A program made the translations under genes and the position numbers. A stretch of 64,000 nt of DNA from Octopus bimaculoides (lineage: Eukaryota). Below, one piece after another: positions 52,020 to 63,666 of the stretch (positions within the stretch are counted from its first letter, which is position 1; each line of letters starts with the position of its first letter). The DNA lies in contig NC_068983.1 in assembly GCF_001194135.2 (NCBI RefSeq), positions 71,922,140-71,986,139 on the forward strand. Reading direction: 5' to 3'. The notes beneath the pieces are model-generated. The model was not told the origin of the DNA. It ran no database searches and was given only the letters and a program-made list of their open reading frames with translations.

Positions 52020-52395
52020 TTCTAATTTAGGCACAAGGTCAACAATTTTGAGGGTAGGGTGTTGTTGATTACATTTACCCCTCTCTCTTGATCGGTATTT
52101 AATTTTGTTGACCTCAAAAAGATGAAAATCAAAGATGACCTTGGTGGGATTTGAACTCAGAATGTAAATAGTTAGAAGAAAGCAAGGCATTTTGTTTGAT
52201 GTTTTAATAGTTCTGTCAATACAAAGCCCTTAATGATAATTGTTTTTAATTTAGGAATAATGCCAGTAACTTGGAGTGGGGTTAGTTGATTACATCAACC
52301 TCAATGTTTGACGAGTACTTTATTTTATCAACCCAGAATGGATGAAAGAGTTGGACCAAATACCACAAAACATTTTATCTAATGCTTTAGCAATT
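52020..52395 (-). mobile_element. Two tandem degenerate family N SINEs
   Basis: Two successive ggcacaagg/gattacat/gatgaaa blocks separated by taatgataat. Confidence 0.65.
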
Positions 52396-52529
52396 CTGCT
52401 AAAATGGAAATTTTTTTTATCAAAATGCAGAAGGAAACTGAGATGAGAAGTTGTTCCAATAGCTAAAGAAGGGAGTTTCGAAGAAAGGGCCAGAGGACTT
52501 GATCCTAGCTGCACAAGATCAAGCTCACA

Positions 52530-52700
52530 TCATCATCATCATCATCATCATTTACATTTAACATCTGCTTTTCATGCTGGCATGGGTTAGATGGTTTGAT
52601 TGGAACTGGTAAGCTGGAAGACTGCACCAGGTTCCAGTCTGTTTTGGCATGGTGCTACAGCTGGATGCCCTTCCTAATGCCAGGGTGCTTTTTTACATGC
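52530..52700 (-). mobile_element. RTE-tail fragment
   Basis: (cat)n ttt...tttcatgctggcatgggtt...gctggatgcccttcctaatgcc. Confidence 0.7.
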
Positions 52701-52786
52701 ACTGGCATGGGTGCCATTTACATAACACCAGTAACGGACATAACTATGGTTCCACAGGTGCCATTTACATAACACTGGCAAGGATG

Positions 52787-53029
52787 AGATATATAAGAAA
52801 GAATATAAATAAGGAAGACATCTTGAGGAAGACATGTAGAGTGTGTGGTACAAGAGAAGAGATAGTTAAGGTGCTTGCTCAGAAGGTTCATAAGAACAGG
52901 AGACATGACCAAGTTAATACAGTCTTACGTTAACAGATTTGTAAAAAGCTTAGATTTGAACATGTTGAAAAGTGGTATGACCTTAAAGTAGAGTATGTCC
53001 TTGAAAATAACCATGTAAGGGTATTATGG
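52787..53029 (+). mobile_element. R4/Dong-clade non-LTR fragment (zinc-knuckle/REL region)
   Basis: YIRKNINK...CRVCGTREEIVKVLAQKVHKNRRHDQVNTVLR*QICKKLRFEHVEKWYDLKVEYVLENNHVRVLW matches the R4 pattern C..CG..E / LAQ..Y..RHD.V...H / W. Confidence 0.8.
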
Positions 53030-53794
53030 AAGGTAAATGTAACATTCATATCAAGATATTGTTAAATTCAAAAGGAAAGATTGAATTGTTTAATCAATAT
53101 TGTTTAACCCTTTCGTTACTAAAGTGTTTGAAAAAGAACGTTAGAAAATAGAGAAATACCAGGATCTAAGGCACAGAATTCAAAGACTTTGGAATTGCTG
53201 TAAGGTTGTTGTTATCCCAATTGTAATAAAAGTATGAGGAACAGTGACAAGAAGCTTAAGTGGCTGGTTGAAGATGATGGATATTGAGATGAATTTGCTG
53301 ATTCTACAGAAAGCTTGTTTGTTTGGCACAGTGATAACCATAAGAGAGGTGCTTAATACGCAAAGCTGCAGGATGCAGTTTGATACCATATAATTAATTA
53401 CAGACAGAACAAAAACATGATGCTGAGAGAAAAAAAGAAAGAAATGGTGATGATGATGCTGTTTTGTTGAAGAACCATATAGAGTTGGCAAAAGCATCAA
53501 GAATGGTAGAAGATGACTGTGTGGCATTACATAAAAGAGAAAGTGTAAGCATGGAAAATACCAAATAACAAAAAAGAAAAAAAATTCAAAACAATCAAAA
53601 ATCCCCTAATCTTTAAGGATTACTAGTGGGAACCCCACAAAAACTAATCACCCTGACCACTAATGCAAGTATCTACTTCCCCTGCCCCCGCTAATCTACA
53701 GATACATGCTCAGAGCAAGCCAGTTCACTCAGACCATATTTGTCACTCTCATCCACATTCAAATTTACTGGAAACAGTAAATTGATCCTTCCTG

Positions 53795-53985
53795 TTAAAG
53801 GATCAAGACCTGAAATGTTGGGGGAGGGAGTAAGTCAATTACATCGACTCCAGTACTCAACTGGTACTTAATTTATTGACCGCAAAAGGATGAAAAGCAA
53901 AGTTGACCTTGGTAGAATTTGAACTCAGAACGTAGACATAGGTGAAATATTTCTAAGTATTTTGTCTGGCATGCTAATGATTTTC
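53795..53985 (-). mobile_element. Family N SINE
   Basis: cctgaaatgttggggga...aactggtacttaattt...ggatgaaaagcaaagttgaccttgg. Confidence 0.85.
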
Positions 53986-54001
53986 AATAATAATAATAAT
54001 A

Positions 54002-54046
<45 letters not shown>

Positions 54047-54069
54047 GAAAATCATTAGCATGCCAGAAA

Positions 54070-54282
54070 CCTTTCTACTATAGGCACAAGACCTGAAATT
54101 TGTGGGGAGGGGGATAGTTGATCACATCAACCCCAGTACTCAACTGGTGCTTAATTTATTGACCCCAAAAGGGTGAAAGGCAAAGTCAACCTCAGTGGAA
54201 TTTGAATTCAGAACGTAAAGACAGACGAAATGCCACTAAGCATTCTGCCCGGCATGCTAACGATTCTGCCAGCTCACTGCCT
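54070..54282 (-). mobile_element. Family N SINE
   Basis: Full length from ctttctactataggcacaag to gccagctcactgcctt. Confidence 0.9.
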
Positions 54283-54295
54283 TATTATTATTATT

Positions 54296-54348
<53 letters not shown>

Positions 54349-54369
54349 GAGTAATAACAATAATAATAG

Positions 54370-54625
54370 GCAGCTACAAGAATCAAACATAAAGGTTGTT
54401 TCTGTTGTCATTGGAGCACTGGGCTCACTACAACCCAACATGAATAAACATCTAGGTACTTTAGAAATACCCTACAATGTCGGTGTATTGCAAAAATTGG
54501 CTTTACTTGGAATTGCATGCATACTGCATAAAATACTACCAGTCTAAAGTTCTTATTACTTGACAGACAGCACAAATTCCTGGTTCACACAATATCTTCA
54601 ATCTACAACATCACAATAATAATAA
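54370..54625 (+). mobile_element. R4/Dong-clade non-LTR 3' end
   Basis: QLQESNIKVVSVVIGALGSLQPNMNKHLGTLEIPYNVGVLQKLALLGIACILHKILPV* (V.IGALG...LQK..LLG..IL motif), short 3' UTR, (AAT)n on both sides. Confidence 0.85.
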
Positions 54626-54627
54626 TG

Positions 54628-54838
54628 GCTTCAAATTTTGCCACAAGGGCAACAATTTGGGGGAAGGGGTTAAGTTGATTACATTAACCTCAGTGCACAA
54701 CTGGTACTTATTTTATCGATTCCAAAAGGATGAAAGGCAAAGTCAACCTTGGCGGAATTTGAACTCAGAATGTAAAGACAGATGAAATGCCACAAAGTAT
54801 TTTGCCCGGTGTGCTAACAATCCTGCTAGTTTGCCACC

Positions 54839-54840
<2 letters not shown>
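54628..54840 (-). mobile_element. Family N SINE
   Basis: Full-length minus copy. Confidence 0.9.
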
Positions 54841-54890
<50 letters not shown>

Positions 54891-54945
54891 TCATCAGCAT
54901 GATGTCTTCCATGATGGCATGGGTCATTATTATTATTATTGTTAT

Positions 54946-55158
54946 TAAGGCAATGAGCTGGCAGAATCATTAGCATACTAGACAAAATGCTTAGCAGTAT
55001 TCCATCAGCCACTATATTCTGAGTTCAAATTCCACTGAGGTCGACTTTGCTTTTCATCCTTTTGGGGTTAATAAATTAAGTACCAATTGAGTACTTGGGT
55101 TGATGCAATCAACTATCCTCCTCCCTCAAATTTCAGGCCTTGTGCCTATAGTAGAAAG
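54946..55158 (+). mobile_element. Family N SINE, inverted relative to 54628-54840
   Basis: Full-length plus copy, (ATT)n on both sides. Confidence 0.9.
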
Positions 55159-55204
55159 GATTATTATTATTATATATACTGGATTAAATTCACTGCAGTA
55201 TCAG

Positions 55205-55330
55205 AACTGGTATTTATTTTATCAACATCTGAAAGGTAAAAAGCAAAATGAACCATGCTGAGATTTGAACTCAGAACATAAAGCAATGCAACTGGGTATC
55301 ACATAACATTTTCTCCAACACCTTATCAAT
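55205..55330 (-). mobile_element. Family N SINE fragment
   Basis: aactggtatttattttatc...gaaagg..aaaagcaaa...gatttgaactcagaa. Confidence 0.55.
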
Positions 55331-57516
55331 TCTACTAACAATGATGAAAATGATTTCATTATATTCAAATTGAGACTCAAGAGAAAACATTTTAATGTTG
55401 ATATCAAGAATAATGGCAATCTGTAAAAAACAAAATTGCACTTCACAAAATGCAGGTCATAAAATGCGAAAATTAAATCATGCATACACACAAAAAAAAA
55501 AAATAATCCATAAAGCAATGGAACTTAAAAATGGAAACAAATGCATGAAACAATTAGTAAATTTATATACAGATTAGGACATTTGTAATTATAACATAAG
55601 GGAATCATATCTTTAAGGTACATAGGATTAAAGGCTCGATTGTAAATTTGCGAGTTTTAGAATTGAGTGGAGATATTTGTTTGTTTTTTGTTTTCTCAGT
55701 GTCTTTAAAGGTTAAAAGAAAAATTAGAAAAACTATTTTAATATTTTAGTCCTTTAACTACTAGAGAGAATAACTTACAGGTCTGAGAATTCTGTGCACT
55801 GAAGGAAAAATTCTTAATCCCATGAATTATGCTTTGCAATAATGTGGTTCAGAGTTTGATCTCACAGTAAGATACTTTGGACATATGCCTTTGGCTATAA
55901 CTTTGGTTTGAGTTAAGTCTTATGAGTTACAATAGGTAGATGGAGACTGTGATGAAAGTCATTGGATAGACTATACCCATTCTTGGATTGGTAGTAGTCT
56001 TTATACATCCTCCAGTTCAACACCCATATTTGTCTTTAGGTGGGGTGGGTTTTAGCAGAGTCAACTCTTGCAAATATTCTTACTAGGTCCCCCAGTCTGA
56101 ATATAGTTATGCTTCTTTCTATTATAGTAACCCATGAGGCAAAGTTTCTGTCTCTCTGTCTCTCTTTCTTCTTATTTATCTTGGAGGCCCTGCAAATATG
56201 ATGAATGCTGCCTTTCATTTTTTTTGACTAAGACATTAATAAATGTATAAAGTAAAATCAATTAACGCTTTCAAGGAAGAATACTGGAACAATTCTCAAA
56301 ATATTGAGTAAGGGGGAAAAAAAATGTATTGTTTAACAAAGAAACTCCAGCCTTCTTTGTGACTCCCACTATGTTCAATCAATAATTATAAATTGACTTA
56401 GGATATTTTCATTTTTTGGTGTCATTTCTACTCCTAACTGACCCTCAATTAAAAACCTGAAAATAAATAATAATTAAAAATAAAATAATTAAAACAGTAA
56501 GGAAGCAGTTTTTACATGCTGAATTTTCATTAGGATTTTTTTTTCTGGGGCATTAAGTAGGCACAGAGGCAACAAAATACAAGGCAATGAACACAAAAGA
56601 TTATATATGTGTATGTGAGTATATGTGTGTGTGTATAACATTTATATATATATAATATATTTATATATGTTATCATTATAATCTTTCTCTTATTTTCATT
56701 TTTCTGTTTTTTTTTTGTATTTGTCTTTTTTCTCACTTTCTCTCTACTGCCATAAAATGCAAATTTGCAACATAACAATGAAAGCTGGAGGCAAGAGAGA
56801 ATAAGGCAGTGGAAGACGAGAGAGATAGATACTGCAGTATAGAGAATTTCTTAGTAGCCACAAAATGCACTGACAAAACTTTGAAGACTGACCTCTTGCC
56901 AGTTATCTACCCTTGATTGCTTGCAGGGCTGCTCCATGCTTTCACTGTTTCTATTTAATTGTTCTGCAAAAGCCTAGATAGAACAAGGATAACACAGATA
57001 TTATGGCCTTCTAAACAATTTTACATGTATGAAATTATTCATGCAGAGATTTTTTTTTGTTTACAATCAAATATGTATATATATATATTTCTTTTTTTGT
57101 TAAAATATGGAATAAATTTTGTCTGTAAATTCGTTTTTCTACATTGTATCAAATGTAAATAGCATCTATGAGACAAGGCATCAGCCAATTTTTATTCATA
57201 GCTATAGACTAATAATCTCTATTTTTAGACACTATGACAAACTGGATAACAACAAAACACAGGGGACACTAACTGATTATCTTTTTCCAATTCACTCAAA
57301 ACCTTTTACTGGATTTTGTTCAATTTTCCTCAACAAACTTTCACATAAAACATTTTCTAAAAACTGGTTTGTTTTTATAAGCAGTCAATACATTAAAAGC
57401 TTCCATCAAATTTCAGTATTTTGATTTTCAGATATAATTTAGTTGTTCTCAATAAAATCTCAAATGGCAATAAGGATGGTATTCATAAAAAAACATTTAA
57501 TTATCATGCTGAACTA

Positions 57517-57558
57517 CTGATGAAAGGGGCCTAGCATTCTGGCTCAAAACGATTTGTT
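57517..57558 (+). ncRNA. Decayed minimal hammerhead motif (probable PLE end)
   Basis: CUGAUGA-AAG-GGGCC(uagcauucu)GGCUC-AAAAC-GAU; G12 reads A and the cleavage triplet is decayed. Confidence 0.4.
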
Positions 57559-57735
57559 TTAAATCAATCCTCTCTACTTATCTATGACATCATGGATAAT
57601 ATGATACTAAGTCCTTTAGTAATAATAGTTGTTGAGGCTAGCCTGATTGCTGACTGTTCAGGCTAGAGTGAATAGAAATATATTCAGAAGAGCTCCACAT
57701 GTTAGTTCTACATGCATTTATGCATGCATGCATCC

Positions 57736-57818
57736 ATGTATGTATGTATGTATGTATGTATGTATGTATGTATGTATGTATGTATGTATGTATGTATGTA
57801 TGTATGTATGTATGTATG
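57736..57818. repeat. (TATG)n microsatellite
   Basis: Pure tetranucleotide run. Confidence 0.95.
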
Positions 57819-59911
57819 CACACATGCATGTTTGCCAGTCACTAAATTAATAAAAATACTAAAATATGGGATAAATCAGGCAAATATACAACTTATGTTA
57901 GTTGTATTACAATATTAAATATATACTCATCAATCAAAGTTGCAGGCATTATCCTATAATTAAAACTAAATGGTCAAAGTGTCTTTTTGTGTTGACTCAA
58001 CAATAAAAAAATATACATAGTTTTTAAACCAATAAGAGACCCCTAATGTCATTATTTGGTCTGTTGGAAATAACAGCCAAATGTCTCTCAAATAATACCC
58101 TATCTTATAAAAATGTATTCCTTGCTAAACTATAACTGAATAAAAAAAAATTACCAGGGTCTAAACAACACCAACAAAAACTACATGATCATCCTTTATC
58201 TTTTCTCACCTCGATAACATGAAACATTGCACTAGACAAAAAATCACAGCTCATGGACTGACAACAGTCACAAATCACCTCCATAAAACAAAAATACTCA
58301 AAATGAATGACAAGGGCAGTACTATTTGATGTTGAATAAGCTCCAGGCCCCACAACTCCTGCCATTAAAAGTAAAATCACCCCCACACACTCATACACTA
58401 TAACATTCTCAAACACTACTGCAAAACAAGTCAATGACAGAGCCACTATGAAGTCTTTTGACTTGCTTAGAAAAGCAGTCAAATTTCTTTCAAATCATAT
58501 TCAGCTTTCTTAAATAATAAATAGTTGGCATGATTTTGATTATAGGTCTGCTTGAAAAAGTCTAAACTACAATTACAACATCCTAAAAGCATTATTCTTT
58601 CCACCCAGTCCTGATAAACATAAAGGATACGTTCACACAAAAGCAAATGCATTATCAATAACCTCATTAGACCACTCTTGGACTGGGATGCATACCATCA
58701 ATGATAAGTGTAGAGGAACAATGACTATTATGATTTATCCAAGTCCAGCTTGCTGTTTTTGCTATGGCTAACAATTCATTTAGAAGCAGGACTGGTGCTA
58801 AGCACTAGGAAAACTAGGTGATTTCTTGGAGTGCTAAAATTGGGGAACCCATAAAAAAACTTACACAAAATTTCTTAATTCAATTAAAAGCACAAAAGAA
58901 AGTAGATGATGTCACAACCAGAACAAACAAGGATGAAGGATGTGGGCAAGTGGGTGAGGAAAGAGACTTGTGTGGTGTTATGACCAATCACATGATTTGG
59001 CAAGAAATATTTCAAGTTTCATCCAGTAAGAGATTTACTTAATGATATATGTGATCATAAAATATAGATTTCTTGTACACAAGTTAACTATTTTTGCATT
59101 TTTCATTTGGTGTAATGAGGATGGTGGCTGGAGAATGTTGAAAGAGGATCATAGTGCAGGACTGGAAGAAAAGGGCTGAGAGAAGGAAGAAGATGTTGTA
59201 GACCTGGTTGAGGGTGCTGGATACTCTGGCACTGGTTCAGTACAGAAGTATATAAAGTTCAAGTTGAAGACTGGTGTAAGAATTCTAACTCACAAAACAG
59301 AGTAAAAACAACAACTGCACCAATCTCTTTTGTAGTATCTTGAAGGAAGTTATAAACCTCAGTCAACAAATGGTTTTGGAATTAATAAGGGAATTAACTA
59401 AGACTTTTGGCCATCCTTTAATGAATCTATGTTGTTGATGCCGAGCACCAAGTCAAACAAATCTATGATCAAATACATTCCACTTGAAACCATCACCATT
59501 TTTTAAAAACTTTTTTGTATACTTAGGCCTTTATAGTCTATTGGTCCCTCATTTTTAGAAGGGTAGGGTGAAGGAGATTTGACTGCCAATCCTAATCGCT
59601 TCAGTGACTATACAGAGGTTTTTCTAATATGTTGATCATTCAAGATTGTTGATGCCTCCACTCAAAGTTTTTTTTAGGGTTTAATATAAGGAAAACACTA
59701 TTTTACATTATGATTTCTAACATTATGCTAAAATATTCTCTATTCTTTGAAAAAAACTTTTCCCATATTATCACATACTGTGAAGATATCTTATTCAACT
59801 AAGCCTAAACTATCCCAATGACAGCTTTTTCTAATATGGCTAAACCAAATACAAATAATGATAACAATACTTCTAATTGCATTAGAAGCAGATGTAGTGA
59901 GTACTCTTTAA

Positions 59912-60131
59912 CCCTTTCGTTACTGTATTTATTTTGAGATGCTCTGTGTTTCTTTCAATTACTTTAAATGTAACAAAGAATTTAGTAAAATAATTTAGTT
60001 AGCATTTGGCTAGTATTAGGAACATAAATTATGACTAAGGTTTAGTGGAAGATTTTAATTCAAAACTTATGAAAACAAGACATTTGTACTCAGAGCCGGA
60101 GCTGGTTTCAGCCGGGTTGGTAACAAAAGGG
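59912..60131. mobile_element. piggyBac-type MITE (family P2), 220 bp
   Basis: TTAA|CCCTTTCGTTAC ... GTAACAAAAGGG|TTAA, with TSDs at 59908-59911 and 60132-60135. An orphan identical left end lies at about 53104. Confidence 0.9.
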
Positions 60132-60339
60132 TTAAATTATAATGTCTAGCTAATAATATTGCATATGAGAGTACAGTCAAAACACCTAATACAAGAATTA
60201 TGTTGGATTCACCACTAGTACTTTTAAAGTTAGGTTTTATTGACATACATACCCCTTTCAGAACTGAAATAAGGAGTAGACCTTTCTTATTCACCTTTAT
60301 ATGAGATTTCAAAGATAGTAACATACCTTTTAATATTAA

Positions 60340-60346
60340 ATACATC

Positions 60347-60377
<31 letters not shown>

Positions 60378-60540
60378 TCATCATCATCGTTTAACGTCCA
60401 CCTTCCATGCTGGTATGGGTAGGACGGTTTGACAGGAGCCGGCCAGGCAGAAGACCACACTGGACTTCTGTGACTTTTTGGCAGGATTTTTACAGCTGGA
60501 TGCCCTTCCTAACACCAACCACCCAGTAAGGTGGACTCAG
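60340..60540 (-). mobile_element. RTE-tail fragment with (GAT)n
   Basis: (cat)n cgtttaacgtccaccttccatgctgg...gctggatgcccttcctaacaccaacca. Confidence 0.8.
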
Positions 60541-60762
60541 TGCACAAATACAGCACTCAAAAAATAGTTCAACCCTATACTGGCAACTGAAAAGCATGCA
60601 GTTTGTGTCTAGCACAAGTTCTCAAAAACACTTTTACTAAGACACTTCAATTAAACAGCAAATTCAAGAAAATAACTTAAAGCAATCATAAAATTATAAA
60701 TTATTTTTACACACTAAGAGCCTATTTCCTACCATGATTGATTTACACACATACATGTATGA

Positions 60763-60796
<34 letters not shown>

Positions 60797-61617
60797 ACGT
60801 GCACACATGCATGTGTATGCATGTATATTTCTTACTATTCTCTTGTACTCTCATATCTGCACTGAAATCTACTACATCTTATTATCTGTAACCCCTTTGA
60901 ACTTGTTTTAACAAACTGACATGAAACATTCAGCAGAAATAAGATTCATTATCTGACTGCATGATATATCTATTTGATTATTAACCAATACATACTGTGT
61001 CTTTTCATTTCTCCATGTTCCTTGTCCCTTCGTTTATCACTTAAACTTCTTCACCTACCTATCCTTTCATTCTGCATTAGCATAATATTAATGTACATTT
61101 ATGGATACATCCACTACCTGTATACTTTAAGTTGTATTTAGATGGTATCTGTTTAATTTACTTATGTCTCTATCTTATTCTCTGTCCCTCCCTTGCAACT
61201 AATTCTATCTTGTTTTATTAAATTATTTATTAATTATCCACCAATATTTTCCATTTCTAATCTTAGCTTTTATGCATGTAATCATACTATGAACTGCATA
61301 TTTCTCTGTTTCCACAAAAGTGTCTTCTTCCTCCATTTGTTTCATATAATTTCCATCATCCAATCCATTACCAAAGTTTTTGTATAGCAAATAGTTAGTT
61401 TCATACACTTGTTTATTCTGACTTATATATAGATATTACTGGATTTATGTTCTCTGCCTGTTCCTTCTATCTGATTTTACTCTGATTCTTTCTAGATTCA
61501 TCATAATTTTTATTCCCATTTATACGTATTTTCTGTTATAGTTACTGTTTTCCAGCATACACTTTTTCTTTAGAATTTCTCAAACGATTTGTGTAAATAA
61601 AGTTCATATATAGGTCC

Positions 61618-61648
<31 letters not shown>

Positions 61649-61774
61649 GACCAGTCTAAAAACACCTAGCCATCTTGTATTAATCACTTCTCTTATTTAC
61701 AATAGTAATGCATAAGTAAGCCCTGGAGTAGGGCTTACTTTCATATTTTACCATACACATGCATATAGATAGTT

Positions 61775-62030
61775 GCAAGCATGACTGTGGAGTAAGAAGC
61801 TTGCTTTCCAATCACAAGGTTTTGGATTCAGTCTTACTGCTTGGCTCCTTGAGCAAGTATCTTTTACTATAGTCCCAAACTGAGTAAAGACTTGTGAGAT
61901 TTAGCAGATGGAAACCAAAAATGTCTGCTTTCCATGCTGGCACTGGCAATGAACACATTTGAATGGTGCTTTTTAAGTACCACTCAAGCGGTACTGGCAT
62001 CGGCCACAACAATGATTTCACTTACAGTTC
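61775..62030. mobile_element. Family A SINE fragment (+) followed by RTE-tail fragment (-)
   Basis: ctgtggagtaagaagcttgctttcc...ttgagcaagtatctt, then ctgctttccatgctggcactggc. Confidence 0.55.
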
Positions 62031-62040
62031 TATATCTAAG

Positions 62041-62128
62041 AAATTTCCCCAAGACACGTCATGAAGGCTGGAGGGTATATCAGCCGAAACGTTGTGTTAA
62101 CAACAAACAAGTTGAGGACAAATATCCA
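62041..62128 (+). mobile_element. Penelope-like terminal remnant with hammerhead scaffold
   Basis: GACAC-gUcAUGA-A-GGCUG(gagggtatat)CAGCC-GAAAC-GUU-GUGUU; sister of 13056-13190. Confidence 0.75.
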
Positions 62129-63645
62129 CTGCCATGTAGCATGGCTGTTCACACACGTGTCATACAGTCTACCTTTCACTCTGAGTGAGAGGCCTTTTGT
62201 TACCAGCAGAGGTAGGAGCTCTCTGAACTTTGCCCAGGCAATTCTTATTTTAGCAGCTATGCTCTCATCCACCTCCACTACTGACTTGGTCACCTAGGTA
62301 ATGGAAGTTATCAACTACTTCTAGTTTTTACCCCTGGCATGTGATGGAATCTTTTTTCTGCACATTTTCAGTGTTTATTGCCCCTGTGCATCTGTCACAC
62401 CCAAAAACTATCTTCCCAGTTAACCTTGCTTTGATATTGCTGCACTTCTTATGCGTCCATAGGTTACACTGGGTACATCTTATGGAATTTCTGCCTTTGC
62501 CTTTTCTACAGATTGAGCAGGGCTATCTACCTGAAGGGATTTGTGGTTTGTCTGCATTCCTACTTACTAAGACTTTGGTTTTTGCTAGATTGACTCCAAG
62601 GCCCTTCAATTCTAGACCTTGCTTCCACACCTGAAACTTCTCCTCTTGTTCTGGTAGTGACTCAGCTTTTAGAGCAAGATCATCAGCATAGAGGAGCTCT
62701 CAGGAGCAACCTGTCTTGAATTCTTCTCTTATTGCCTTGAGGACTATGATGAATAAGAGGGGACTGAGGACTGATCCTTGGTGGACTCCTACTACTACTA
62801 CCCAGAATTCTTCACTATACTCGTTGCCAACCCTCACCTTACTGACAGCATCCCTGTACATGGCTTGTACATCTCTCACTAACCACTCATCTAGCCCTAG
62901 TTTCCACATTGACCACCAGATAAGGGATCAGGGGACCCTATCAAAGCTTTCTCAATGTCAATGAAATCTAAGTACAGAGGTTTATCTTTGGCTAGGAATT
63001 TCTCCTGTAGCTGTCTTACCAGAAATATAGCATCAGTGGTGCTTCTCCCTGGTACAAACCCAAACTGCATCTCATCTAAATTAACTCTCTCCCTAATTAG
63101 TTGGGCTATGACCTTCTTCATGACTTTCATCACCTGATCCAACAATTTGATACCTCTGTAATTATTCCCAACTAATGCATCACCTTTACCTTTGTAGCAG
63201 TTGACTATGGTACTGTTACACCAGTCATTGGGTATGACTCCTTCATGTATCACCTGGTTGACCATAAGGGGTGACTATACTATAGCCTATACCGCCAAAT
63301 ATTTTAAGCATCTCCGCAGTGATTCCAGATGAGCTGGGGGTTTCCCTGTCTTCATACCCTTAATTGCTTTATCTACCAAAGTGTCAATTTGGATAACTGG
63401 TCCCTCTGTTAGGTTGACATTCGCAGACTCTCTTTCTCCCATTCATTCTCTTCATTTAGCAACCTTTCATAATGGTGCCTCCAAGTCTCTCTTTGCAGCA
63501 TCATTAAATGAAAGTGAGCCATCATCCATGCAGACACATTTCTCTCTTATGACATCATGATTCTCTCTCACACACTGTCTTGCAGTACAAAACACCTCAA
63601 GTCTTTGGTCCTCACAACGCAGAACATTAGCAAATTTCACAGAGA
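62128..63645 (-). mobile_element. RTE-clade LINE, ~1.5 kb RT-containing fragment (inactivated)
   Basis: IPNDW...YKGKGD...NYRGIKLL, QFGFVPGRSTTDAIF..RQLQEK, GVHQGSVLSPLLF, LLYADDL (YADD at 62679-62690), FHYLG, RI..AWAKFREL. In-frame stops and frameshifts. Confidence 0.95.
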
Positions 63646-63666
63646 GATTTATGCAGTAGCAGCACG

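Noticed and set aside
58150-58700. ORFs 58189-58482 and 58479-58667
   Set aside because: Probably ancient transposon debris; no motif could be assigned with confidence.
59100-59260. Ser/Pro-rich minus-strand reading that could be a TULP4 low-complexity exon
   Set aside because: In-frame stop without a good donor; composition resembles decayed LINE sequence.
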